A stretch of DNA of 64,000 bases. Origin: Ferruginibacter sp. (lineage in GTDB: Bacteria > Bacteroidota > Bacteroidia > Chitinophagales > Chitinophagaceae). The stretch spans positions 2,998 to 66,997 of the forward strand of contig JANXSK010000053.1 in the NCBI GenBank assembly GCA_025352695.1, given 5' to 3'. Position 1 is the first letter of the stretch; every line of letters begins with the position of its first letter. This document shows positions 40,214 to 50,498 of the stretch, piece by piece. Position numbers and translations under genes: made by a program. The notes under the pieces are model-generated. The model saw only the letters and a program-made list of their open reading frames with translations. It did no database searches and was not told the origin of the DNA.

Positions 40214-42511
40214 TCAATAACCACCTGCAATATCTCTTGTAAGGATGATGTAAGATTCCCTTATGCTGCCAACGATTGTATACAATTTCCAGTGATCGTT
40301 ATCGAGTTGTTCCAGCTGCCAGTTTTTTGCTGGATCTGCTAATAATTTTTTTATAGTTCTTGAAAAAGCATTGGCAGCCCTTGCATGCTCCCAGGTTTTT
40401 ATTACTCCAAATATTTCATATTTATTTTTACAAGCTTCAACAGATGATGTTGAAAGCGGTATCTGGTAGGTTGCACCTGTGCCGATAGCAATGGCTTCTA
40501 TATGGTTATAGTCTGCGACAGTTGAAGCAGTATCGAGTCCGAAATTAATACCAAAACTTGCAGGGAAATAATTTGAATACGCAACATCCCTAAGGTCCTT
40601 ACCTTCTGATGTTGTACTGCCCCATTCCCGGGATACCACATCATACATATTTTTACCTCCGCCAACATTCCAAATACTTTGATAATGCCAGGAACCTTCT
40701 GAAAGTGTAGCGCCGGTTATGCGCAAATCGGGCAAGTGATAACTAGCTGATTTTTCAAATAATTTTCTGTGAAAGCGTTTTACTGAATAATAACCATGTC
40801 CCTGATTAAACAAAAATTCCTGCCCATCCCAATCATGAAAATAGATGCCATTTATGTTACTCATGTCGGCATAATAAATGGCTATAGAATCCTGCAATTG
40901 CATGTTGGGAATCAAGCCATCATACCCATACCCTATTGTAACCTGTAATTTATACATCGTATCACTAATTTGGTGATTGGCAGGTTTGGTTCCCCAATAT
41001 CCACGGGTAACATTTTGCAGTGTATAGGGAGCACCTTTTGATACACCCGTAAAAAAAATAAGTTCCTTGCCAATTTTAATAATATTTAAACTTTTTTCAT
41101 GCCCTTCCCAACTCCCAATTTCATCTAAATAAGCAGGGTTGATTACTTCAATATTTGTACTGGTAGCAGATAGTCCATTAGCCAATACTTTTTTAAACTG
41201 ATAGCACAGATTATCGGAAGGAATTGGGCTTACATCTTTTGTTCCTTTTCTTAAAGAAGTCATAATGGTATGCCTGCCTGCCCAAATACCCAATGGATTT
41301 GAAACATCCGTAAATTCTTTGTGCGATTTATTACCCGATTTAAAAGCAAGTAGTTTTTTTTGAAATATATTACCATCAATGTATCCATCGCTGTTTCTGT
41401 CTACCCCAAACATTGGCAGATCCTCAAACTGGATTGCCTTAAAACCCAATTGCCGGGCATAAGAAATAATACTATCATAATTATTGCCGGAAGTTGCTAT
41501 GTCTGGCACATAAGCAGCAGGATCTTTTATCCATTTACCATTTACTTTTAAATTGGGCAGTCCTTCCGATTGAACAATCGTCTTAATAACTGTCATTAAA
41601 GCAATACTATCCGGGCTTCCCCAAAATGCAATTGATGAACCAATAAAATCTACTTTGGGCAATGGCTGCACTTCAATATGATTTGGTTTATTGGTTGGCA
41701 ATTGCGGTATTAATGAGAATAAAATTGTTTTTTCTTTTGATCTGTCAGAAGCATGGTAAGCAATTGAAATTTGTCCCTGGGCATTTACTTCGGCAGAGTT
41801 ACCATATAAAATTCTATAGTATGCTTCAGGATGTGCGTAAAAGGCAACGTCACTTATTCCATCTCCACCGATAGGAAATATTTGTCCTTCTTTTAAATTG
41901 GCAGGCAAAGGAAATCGTGCTAAATCAGGGCTGTGAATAACATATTGAAAGGGCGCACAATCCCCTATGTTAGTTGATTTGCCACCAGTGGTGGCATCAT
42001 TGAGCGATAAAACTCCAATGGCATAATTAACCGCATCACTCGTATCTCTTGCTACTCCAATTACTTCGCCAAAAAGATTGGTGATACTGGTATAATAAGA
42101 TCCCCATTGTACATCATCAATCGCTGCACGGTTTGTAAGGGCTTGCAAAGTAAATTTAAAATACTTCGCTTTAATTTCAATTTTAATTGTTGCTACCGAG
42201 CCATTCGAATAATTTAACGTGAGCATTTTTTTAGTACTTAAATAAACTGCTTTTTGTGGTTGGTAATAAATCTTTTTACTACTATTATACAAACACAGTA
42301 AAGGAGAAGGTTTGTTGGTTACGCTAAACTCCTGACTGGGTGTTTTAGTACTATTTTTCATACTGGTAATAAAACCTTCGGTACTAATCCTGATTTTAAA
42401 ATAATCAGTAGCTAAGTTTATTTGAGCGTAGGTTTTTCCAACTGCAACACAGGCTAGGAAAAGAAAAATAAAATTGACTTTTTTTATACAATAGAAGTAT
42501 TTGTTTAGCAT
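40214..42511 (-). CDS. Unassigned secreted protein, 765 aa (paralogue 2)
   Basis: Signal peptide (FIFLFLACVAVGKTYAQ) and collinear similarity to 37699-40158 along most of its length. Confidence 0.85.
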   Translation of the reverse strand: MLNKYFYCIKKVNFIFLFLACVAVGKTYAQINLATDYFKIRISTEGFITSMKNSTKTPSQEFSVTNKPSPLLCLYNSSKKIYYQPQKAVYLSTKKMLTLNYSNGSVATIKIEIKAKYFKFTLQALTNRAAIDDVQWGSYYTSITNLFGEVIGVARDTSDAVNYAIGVLSLNDATTGGKSTNIGDCAPFQYVIHSPDLARFPLPANLKEGQIFPIGGDGISDVAFYAHPEAYYRILYGNSAEVNAQGQISIAYHASDRSKEKTILFSLIPQLPTNKPNHIEVQPLPKVDFIGSSIAFWGSPDSIALMTVIKTIVQSEGLPNLKVNGKWIKDPAAYVPDIATSGNNYDSIISYARQLGFKAIQFEDLPMFGVDRNSDGYIDGNIFQKKLLAFKSGNKSHKEFTDVSNPLGIWAGRHTIMTSLRKGTKDVSPIPSDNLCYQFKKVLANGLSATSTNIEVINPAYLDEIGSWEGHEKSLNIIKIGKELIFFTGVSKGAPYTLQNVTRGYWGTKPANHQISDTMYKLQVTIGYGYDGLIPNMQLQDSIAIYYADMSNINGIYFHDWDGQEFLFNQGHGYYSVKRFHRKLFEKSASYHLPDLRITGATLSEGSWHYQSIWNVGGGKNMYDVVSREWGSTTSEGKDLRDVAYSNYFPASFGINFGLDTASTVADYNHIEAIAIGTGATYQIPLSTSSVEACKNKYEIFGVIKTWEHARAANAFSRTIKKLLADPAKNWQLEQLDNDHWKLYTIVGSIRESYIILTRDIAGGY

Positions 42512-42581
42512 ATTATTTTTTTGTTGATGTTAACCAGTTTGTAAAAAGAAATCTTTATAATACATAAGTCTGATTTTTATT

Positions 42582-43364
42582 TTACCAAGGTAATATAACA
42601 GGTAGCATAATGATATTCCGGACTTTTTCAAAAATTACTAACCATTGATTATCTTTCTCTTTAAAGTTTCCAAAAAAATATTTACACTGTTTATAACTTC
42701 ATATAAAGTTCAGGTGTTAGCATCGTTTTCTTCTAAATGAAACTGCCTGGTTAAATCAGATAATTTCTTTTTTGTTTTGAAAGAAAAAGCATAGGTTCTG
42801 TTGCCACAAGATAAAAATTCTTCTCCTTCAAAATCAATATAATTCATTCCGTTGGCTACCATCAAATTTCCATGATAGGTGGCGTATTATCCAGCAAAAA
42901 AGTATCCGGGTAATAACCGTTATAACTTGTTTTGGCTAACCTAAATACGCCAACTACGGCAGAATACTTAGTTACCGTAGTTTTATGATAGCCTCTTTTA
43001 CTCCTAATAATTTATAAGGGGCTGTATTTGTTACACCAAAATAATAAATCAGTTCGCCCCCCAATTCTAAAAGTTTGAGAACAATTATTACATTTTTCTT
43101 CTAGAGAAAGTGCGTCATTTAAACCTTGTTACTGTTGTATAAACACATTAACGGAGATGGTTTATCTACAGGACTAAACTCGGGTTGCGCCGCTTTAAAC
43201 ATACTTTTCATGCTTGTTATATAGCCTGTTTTATTAACCCCCATTTTTAAATAATCGGTTGCAAAATTCCATTGAGCAAATAGGTTAGAAACACATAAAA
43301 TGGAAATAATAAATAGTAATGTTATTTTTAATGATGTAAATTTTAGTTTGTTATTGTTTTCCAT
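42582..43364 (-). pseudogene. Decayed paralogue 3 of the same family (large internal deletion plus frameshifts)
   Basis: The intact 81-aa N-terminal piece (ATDYLKMGVNKTGYITSMKS...PEFSPVDKPSPLMCLYNSNK) is very close to paralogue 2. The remaining pieces, in shifting frames, are LELGGELIYYFGVTNTAPYKLLGVK, RGYHKTT..., GMNYIDFEGEEFL and a C-terminal DNQWLVIF. About 390 codons are missing. Confidence 0.8.
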
Positions 43365-43720
43365 ATTTATATGTATTTGTGTAAGTCAACCTGTTGCTTT
43401 ACTTTGTGTGTTGGTATTTGTAACAAGTGAAGTTTTTATTAGCTGGCCCAAACATTCACTGCTGCTTTTTTTAAATTGTTATTTACAGCCAACCTTTTTA
43501 TTGATTTAAGATACGTAGCATAAGGACGGGCTTTACTTTACAAAATTGTGGTGACAGAAATTTTAAAATATGGTAGGGAAAATGAAACTTTCCCCTACCC
43601 GATACCGACTGCACGGTCAGATATCTATTTTACCAAAAACTTTATACTTTTAAAATAATATTTAGGCAACTATTTTAGCGGCTACTATGAATTTACAATA
43701 GCCTTTATACATATGCTAGT

Positions 43721-45538
43721 TTATTGAATTACTGGATCAAAAGTTCCTGTATCCCAGCCCAGGTTTTGTTTAAGATTTTTGTTTTGCAAAATATATTGAG
43801 GATCTATTGCTCCAAAGTAAAATTTGTCAGAAAGTTGAATCTGATTAGTAACACTATTATCAATTGGTTCCGTAACATAATTGGTAATTATTTTTATAAA
43901 GTCGTTTCTGTCAAAATTTGCAGGAGAATTTACCAATATATTGGAAAGTTGCAAAGAAATGCCACTGTTACTTTGAGTAACATCAACACCATATTGAGAA
44001 GCTGCAGCATCAGCATTAAAAGTTGCTCCCTTTGAATGAAAAGTACCATAATCGTTCAATACACTAAACATCCTGCGCCTGCGCAAATCCCAGAAACGCT
44101 TTCCTTCATAGGCAAATTCAATTAGGCGTTCTTTCATAACTGCATCAAGCGTTGATTGATAGTCAATACCAACTAAAGCATTTAATCCATAATTTCCGAT
44201 TCCTTCGTCAATATGCGCTCTTTGACGAATCTGCGTAATCAGGTTTTTAGCATCTATTGAATGCCCTGTTTCATTGGCAGCTTCAGCAAGGTTAAGCATA
44301 ACTTCCGCATATCTAATTATAGGCCAATCAAAAGCCTGGCGATTCCATACAAGTACCCCCAAAGTGGTATCAATACCTTTTCTGCAATAAAATCCAGTTA
44401 AATTATAAACCCGGTATCCATCATCGCCACTAAGCCCGGTAAATATCCATTGAACACGAGGAGTTACCTGAGCAAAATCATACCGTGCGCCATTATAAAC
44501 GATGGCACAATAAAACCGGGGATCCCTGTTTTTCCAAAATTGTGTGGGGTCGTAACCAGAATTGGCATCATTAATATTCAATCCATTTTGCATAGGGTAT
44601 TGCTGAACCATTTCCCAGGTAGGGTTGCAAGATCCTGCTGCACCAGTTGATTGACTAAGAGGCCTTTGCCCCTGTTGAATACCATTGGCTTTTTCAGGAA
44701 AATGGTACCGTACATTCAGAACCATTTCTTTAGCCGCATTAACCTTATCATACCACATATTTTCATTGGTTTTTAAGGTATTATCTTTAAATAATCCATA
44801 CCCATCTTCATCCAACATTGTTTTTGCGGCGTTAAGTGTATTATAGGCATCCGTCCAGTAAGCTGCATTGGGCGTTTTACAAAATAACGGACTGGCTTTT
44901 AATAATAACATTTCGCCTTTAATTGAAATAGCTGCGCCTCTGGTAACTCTTCCAATATCTGTTGCAGGGTATGATTTTGGTAATAGGGCAATAGCACTGT
45001 CTAATTGCTTACTAATAAAATCAAAACATTCTAAGGAAGTGTTCCTTTTTACTAACAAGGTATTAATATCAGCAGTAGGATTCAGCACAGAAGTAATAAT
45101 TGGTACACCCCCTAATACTTTTACCATCCTATAATATAAATAGGCACGAAAAAAATAGGCTTGTCCTTTGAGGCTTTCATAATCTGCTTGTAAAAGAACC
45201 GATTTGCCAGATTCTATATTTTCAAAGAAATTATTAATGGACCGCACATTGGCATAATCCCATACTCTGTCGGGATAACCACTCTGGCTATTATTGGTAC
45301 CTTTTAAAAAAGCACTCAGCGCACTACCACCCCCGGCTTCTTCCGAAATTGTTTCTGAACGGTTCCAGGTTGGTAATATTTCGTAAAAACCGTTTACATA
45401 CCCTTTTATAAAATCGGGGTTATTCCATTGTTGATCCGGAGCTATTTTACCCCCTGTCTGGTCTACATCAAAAACTTTTTTACAGGATGTAAAAAAAATG
45501 ATACAACTTAAAACAGTAAATATTTTTATATTTTTCAT
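43721..45538 (-). CDS. susD: SusD/RagB-family outer-membrane glycan-binding lipoprotein
   Basis: Lipoprotein signal (...IFFTSCKK), 605 aa, and immediately downstream of the SusC-like gene (18 nt gap). Confidence 0.92.
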   Translation of the reverse strand: MKNIKIFTVLSCIIFFTSCKKVFDVDQTGGKIAPDQQWNNPDFIKGYVNGFYEILPTWNRSETISEEAGGGSALSAFLKGTNNSQSGYPDRVWDYANVRSINNFFENIESGKSVLLQADYESLKGQAYFFRAYLYYRMVKVLGGVPIITSVLNPTADINTLLVKRNTSLECFDFISKQLDSAIALLPKSYPATDIGRVTRGAAISIKGEMLLLKASPLFCKTPNAAYWTDAYNTLNAAKTMLDEDGYGLFKDNTLKTNENMWYDKVNAAKEMVLNVRYHFPEKANGIQQGQRPLSQSTGAAGSCNPTWEMVQQYPMQNGLNINDANSGYDPTQFWKNRDPRFYCAIVYNGARYDFAQVTPRVQWIFTGLSGDDGYRVYNLTGFYCRKGIDTTLGVLVWNRQAFDWPIIRYAEVMLNLAEAANETGHSIDAKNLITQIRQRAHIDEGIGNYGLNALVGIDYQSTLDAVMKERLIEFAYEGKRFWDLRRRRMFSVLNDYGTFHSKGATFNADAAASQYGVDVTQSNSGISLQLSNILVNSPANFDRNDFIKIITNYVTEPIDNSVTNQIQLSDKFYFGAIDPQYILQNKNLKQNLGWDTGTFDPVIQ

Positions 45539-45556
45539 AACTTATGATTGGTATTT

Positions 45557-48500
45557 TTAAAATGTTGCGTTAAACCCAAAAGTGAATCCTTTTAAAATTG
45601 GATAGGTTCTAAAGTCTCCGCCTAATTCGGGATCCCAATCTTTAATCTGGCTCCAGATTAATAGATTTTCTCCACTGAAATAAAACCTGATTCCTTTAAT
45701 TTTTGAGGACTGCAATAATTTAGCAGGCAAATTATAATCTACTATTAAAGATTTCAATCTAAACAAAGAACCGTTCTTAAGCCAGAATGAAGATGCTACT
45801 TCAGCATTGGATGTTCCCTGCCAATCGTTCATAATTGCACTTGGCAAAGTAGCGGTGTTTGCATTTTCTGGCGTCCATGCACCTTTCCACATATTTAAAT
45901 TATTATTGCCTGGTAATGGACGTCTGTAATAAACATCAGTAGGCATAATATCATAACGGGCTAGGCCGGCAAAAATGGAGGTTAAGTTTATTCCCTTCCA
46001 ACCTACTGTAAAATTGAAGCCATAATTAATTCTTGGTATACCATTTTTAGAAATAATATTCTGATCATTGCCATCAATTAACCCATCGGGTTTATCCACT
46101 CCTAACGGGCCACGTAAATCTTTATACATCAGCATGCCTAACCTGGGCTTATTGCCAAATATGGTAAAGTTTGCACCATTTGCTTTTAAAATATTGTCTA
46201 TGTCTTGTTGAGATCTGATGATACCTTCAGAAACATAACCTCTTATAACCCCATTAATTGGCTGGCCTAGCAAGTTTTGATAGTCACGCACAGAAGCAGC
46301 CTGGTCTACAGTAAGCAATTTATTATCTGATATTGCCCAGTTGGCGCTTACCCTATAAAATAAATCGCCTATATGGTTTTCATGGGTTAAAGAAAATTCA
46401 AACCCTTGCGCTGCGGCTTTGCCATAATTTACTGCGGGCAAACCTGCCCCAACTGTATTTGGTACAGAGGCATTTCGGACGCCTAGAATATCGGTTGTTT
46501 TTTTATACCAGTAATCTATCGTACCAGATATCATTCTCCGGGGTGTGCCAAAATCTAAACCAATATTATAACTACGGTTTTTTTCCCAGGTAATTGCTGG
46601 ATTAATTGTAGCACCTAGCGAGGTAGACGGTGTAATTCCTCCTCCCAGGTAATTACCAGAAAATGAATTAAAATTATAAGATTGTCTCCATTGCCATGGA
46701 GCAGTATTATCGGTACCAGTTATTCCATAAGATACCCGAAGTTTTAAGTAATCCACGTACTTGTTATATTTAGAAAAGAAATGTTCTTTAGAAATATTCC
46801 ATCCTGCAGAAATAGATGGAAAAGTGCCCCACCTGTTTTCAGGCGCAAAAACATACGATCCATCCTGCCTCACGGTAACGCTTACAAGATATTTTGATGA
46901 ATAATTATAATCAACCTTGCCTAAATAAGAAGCGAAACCGGTAGGTTGGTATAAATCGCCCCCTATACGCCAATCAGTACTATTGGATGAAGCCCCATTC
47001 ATTTGCTGATAATCTGGATTAGCAAAATTATTAGCACGTATATTTGAAAAATGGCCCTGGTATTCAGATTGTTCATATCCTCCTAAAGCGGAAATATTAT
47101 GCTTACCAAAAGACCGTTCATAATTCAACATTAAATTTAATTGGTAATTGGATGACTGACCGTAGCTTTCCGTTAATTGTGTTGTTGCACCAGTACCACC
47201 AGTTTGAGCACCATCTATAACTTTAGCTCCTCCAGACCTGCTTTCATCCAACTGATCTGTTACTATGTGGTTGTTTGTACCAGCAGTTTGAAAATAATAA
47301 ATATAAGGTGAGTTACGCCATCCTTTGGTATAGCTGTTAGCAGTATTATAAGCAAAAGTTGTTTTAACAGATAATCCCTTTACTGCTGGTATTTCATATT
47401 TTAATTGAAAAGTTGGTGAAAAGTTATTATTAGCAGGTCTTGTATACCCCCCACTTCCCTGGGCAAGATTAGCAGTATTTGTATTATCGAAATTACCGGT
47501 AGGAAGCCCATTTATAAATGATGGACGGCCTGGATTTACCATTAACAATCTGTTGTATATATTTGAAAGGTTAAAATCACCACCATCGTAAGCCCAGTAA
47601 GGCCTGCTGCTATTATCCCAGTCTCCTCTAAAGTTTAAATTATAACTTAACCTGTTTGTTATCTGACCATCTAATTTAGCAGTCATATTATACTTATTAT
47701 ATGAATTAGATGTAGCACCTTGCTGATGTATATACCCTCCGGAAATGTAATACTTAGCAGCTTTAGTACCCCCGCTTACAGATAAATTATGCGAAGTGTT
47801 CCATGGGTTTTCCCAGGTATCTTTTAGCCAGTCATAAGAGTGCCTTTTAAAATAGTCTAATTCATCAGGCGTATAAAAACTTGGATCATTAGGAGCCAGA
47901 TTCTTTTGCGAAAATGCATCATTAGCAAAACTAAAAGCCTCAAAAGCATTCATACGACTAGGAGTTATTTCTCGGGTATTTAAAGTATATGAAGCGTTGT
48001 ATGATATGGTAGTTTTATCTGCAACACCCTGTTTTGTTGTTACCAAAACAACACCATTACCACCTCTTATTCCATAGATAGCAGCAGAAGCAGCATCTTT
48101 TAATATACTGATATTATCAATATCCGCAGGATTGATTGAGGCAAACGCCATTGCATCCCTTACAAAGCCATCAATTACATAAAGCGGATTGTTTCCACCT
48201 TGCCAGGTAGAAGATTCTCTTATTTTAATATTAGCGCCGGCACCCGGATAGCTGCCCTGTGTAGTTACGGTTATGCCCGGTGTTAAACCTTGTAAAAGAT
48301 TTGCCGGCGAACTTGTAGGGCGATCACTAAACCCTTTAGAACTTATTACCCCCACAGCTCCGGTTACATTCGCTCTTCTTTGCGTACTGTAACCTACAAC
48401 CACTACTTCATTCATTGAATTATCAACCAATTGTAATTTTACCTGAACACTAAATTTTCCGTCTATTTTTACTTCTTGTGTAACCATTCCTATAAATGAA

Positions 48501-49054
48501 AAAACCAACATGTTATCATTGGGTGCAACATTAATTGAAAAGGACCCATCTGTTGAGGTAGTAGTAGCTTTTGGGGTACCCTTTACCTGAACTGTAACGC
48601 CAGAAAGAGGTTCATCTTTATCGCCGGTTACTTTACCGGTAAGTGTATATAAATTGGCCGCTTCTTCAATTACCGGATCAGGTACCTTTTCTGAAATTAC
48701 TACAATCCCTGATTCATCAACAATCCGGTACTTAAGTTTTGTATCTGAAAGCACACTATTTAAAATATCCGTTAGCGAGCTTTCTTTTAGGTTAATTGAA
48801 ACTAATTTATCCGAAGGAATTATATCATTACTAAATGCGAAGCGATAACTCGTTTCCTTTTCGATGGCTTTAAAAAGTTTAGTCAGTTTTACACCTTTAA
48901 GTGATAGCGTAATTTTTGCACCTTGTCCAAACCCATCTGCACTTACAGTAAGCGAGCAGATAAATAATAGCATTGCTGTTAATTTCATAATTCTGAGCAG
49001 TTTGGTTAAGGGCGGGCATGGTAAGCTCCGCTGATAAGCATGATTTTTTTTCAT
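45557..49054 (-). CDS. susC: SusC/RagA-family TonB-dependent transporter with an N-terminal STN signalling extension
   Basis: STN-like segment (LKGVKLTKLFKAIEKETSYRFAFSND...), a carboxypeptidase-regulatory-like domain (YTLTGKVTGDKDEPLSGVTVQVKG), a plug region (NEVVVVGYSTQRR) and a terminal F. The true start is probably MKLTAMLLF at 48988. Confidence 0.93.
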   Translation of the reverse strand: MKKNHAYQRSLPCPPLTKLLRIMKLTAMLLFICSLTVSADGFGQGAKITLSLKGVKLTKLFKAIEKETSYRFAFSNDIIPSDKLVSINLKESSLTDILNSVLSDTKLKYRIVDESGIVVISEKVPDPVIEEAANLYTLTGKVTGDKDEPLSGVTVQVKGTPKATTTSTDGSFSINVAPNDNMLVFSFIGMVTQEVKIDGKFSVQVKLQLVDNSMNEVVVVGYSTQRRANVTGAVGVISSKGFSDRPTSSPANLLQGLTPGITVTTQGSYPGAGANIKIRESSTWQGGNNPLYVIDGFVRDAMAFASINPADIDNISILKDAASAAIYGIRGGNGVVLVTTKQGVADKTTISYNASYTLNTREITPSRMNAFEAFSFANDAFSQKNLAPNDPSFYTPDELDYFKRHSYDWLKDTWENPWNTSHNLSVSGGTKAAKYYISGGYIHQQGATSNSYNKYNMTAKLDGQITNRLSYNLNFRGDWDNSSRPYWAYDGGDFNLSNIYNRLLMVNPGRPSFINGLPTGNFDNTNTANLAQGSGGYTRPANNNFSPTFQLKYEIPAVKGLSVKTTFAYNTANSYTKGWRNSPYIYYFQTAGTNNHIVTDQLDESRSGGAKVIDGAQTGGTGATTQLTESYGQSSNYQLNLMLNYERSFGKHNISALGGYEQSEYQGHFSNIRANNFANPDYQQMNGASSNSTDWRIGGDLYQPTGFASYLGKVDYNYSSKYLVSVTVRQDGSYVFAPENRWGTFPSISAGWNISKEHFFSKYNKYVDYLKLRVSYGITGTDNTAPWQWRQSYNFNSFSGNYLGGGITPSTSLGATINPAITWEKNRSYNIGLDFGTPRRMISGTIDYWYKKTTDILGVRNASVPNTVGAGLPAVNYGKAAAQGFEFSLTHENHIGDLFYRVSANWAISDNKLLTVDQAASVRDYQNLLGQPINGVIRGYVSEGIIRSQQDIDNILKANGANFTIFGNKPRLGMLMYKDLRGPLGVDKPDGLIDGNDQNIISKNGIPRINYGFNFTVGWKGINLTSIFAGLARYDIMPTDVYYRRPLPGNNNLNMWKGAWTPENANTATLPSAIMNDWQGTSNAEVASSFWLKNGSLFRLKSLIVDYNLPAKLLQSSKIKGIRFYFSGENLLIWSQIKDWDPELGGDFRTYPILKGFTFGFNATF

Positions 49055-49161
49055 ACCTTTAGTTTGATTTTAGATTAATAAATAGAAACAGTTGCTTTCT
49101 CACAACAGCTGTTTCAAAAAATTTAATTCCAGGGAGGATGTTACAAACATTCTCCTTGTTT

Positions 49162-50271
49162 TTATTTAGATATATTTATTTTTAAAGTATCTCCCGGAAT
49201 AATCGCATAATGAAAATTTTTAGATTCTTTTAAAATACTAAACACCGTTATTAGTTTTTCTTTTTCAAAAATTCCTGTAAACCTGTATTGTTGAATACTT
49301 TCGTCTGCAAAAGTTATTTTAACACCATACCATCTTTCCAGTAAAATGGCTAAATCTGCAAATGTTTCATCTTCAAATATTAGTTTGTTTTCTTTCCAGG
49401 CTATTTCTTTTATATTGCCGGCATCTGATGTGATCAATGTTTCTATTAAGCTGTCGGCTGCACCTAAAGAATTTCTTCCTTTAGTTTTAAACGAATTGAT
49501 AACTGGCTTTTCACTTAAATTTTCCCAGTGCACTTTCTGATTGGGGTGAAGCAGCACTTTTCGGTTATGCTCATTTTTTAAGGTAATTTCAACAAGTCCT
49601 CTTACCAAGGAAGTTTCTGTTATTTTTTCGCCGGGATATGCCTTTACATTAAAAGCTGTTCCCAATGCTAGTACATCCATAGCAGGCGTACGTACAATAA
49701 ATGGCAATTCCGTATTATGTTTTACGTCAAAAAAAGCTTCTCCTTCTAAATAAATAACCCTGTCAGAAGTGCCATAACTTTCATCGATATTTATTTTACT
49801 TCCTGCATTCAACAAAACTATAGAACCATCCGGTAATTGAAAATTCTTTCTTTCTCCATAAGCTGCCACAAATGTTTTCAGGCTTTCTTTTTTAGCGCTG
49901 CTTGTATAATTAGTACTAAAAAAAATTACCATCAATAATACTGCTGCCGCTGCAGTAAGTTTTAGCATTATGGCGTAGATATTTGTAGCTCCTTTTTTTT
50001 CATATCCTTGCATTTGTACAATAGAAGCAGATTCAACTATATTTATCCTGTTTATTAATCTGGCTTCTTGTTCATCTCTATCTGCATCGGCTATCGCATT
50101 AAATAGCTCCATAAAACTTGCCTCCGCATTTTCTACCAGCATCGCATGATCGTCACTCTCCCTGCTATAGGAGTTCCACTTAGCAATGTCACCCGGAGAA
50201 GATTTTTTACAGTAATTAATAAAAGATTCATCGGATAATAAATCTTCTATATCCATTTTATCTGATCTCAT
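49162..50271 (-). CDS. FecR-family anti-sigma factor
   Basis: 369 aa with one central TM helix (LTAAAAVLLMVIFF), FecR-like periplasmic blocks (FDVKHNTELPFIVRT, GTAFNVKAY) and a C-terminal domain of the kind that contacts the transporter. Confidence 0.88.
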   Translation of the reverse strand: MRSDKMDIEDLLSDESFINYCKKSSPGDIAKWNSYSRESDDHAMLVENAEASFMELFNAIADADRDEQEARLINRINIVESASIVQMQGYEKKGATNIYAIMLKLTAAAAVLLMVIFFSTNYTSSAKKESLKTFVAAYGERKNFQLPDGSIVLLNAGSKINIDESYGTSDRVIYLEGEAFFDVKHNTELPFIVRTPAMDVLALGTAFNVKAYPGEKITETSLVRGLVEITLKNEHNRKVLLHPNQKVHWENLSEKPVINSFKTKGRNSLGAADSLIETLITSDAGNIKEIAWKENKLIFEDETFADLAILLERWYGVKITFADESIQQYRFTGIFEKEKLITVFSILKESKNFHYAIIPGDTLKINISK

Positions 50272-50498
50272 ATTTTTACTTTAATAAAACTTGTTACCGT
50301 TTATTAAAGCAGAGCGTTTTACTTAAATTTTTTACCCGTTAAATGAAAAGAAAATTTAATTATATTAAAATTGAAGAAGGAATGGTGATTTTTAATGAAT
50401 AATAAATAGGATTACAGGCTATAAAGCATGATTACAAAAGGGTAAATAAAATAACAAATAGAAAGTAATAATCAATGGAAAAAAAAGTAAATAGAAAA

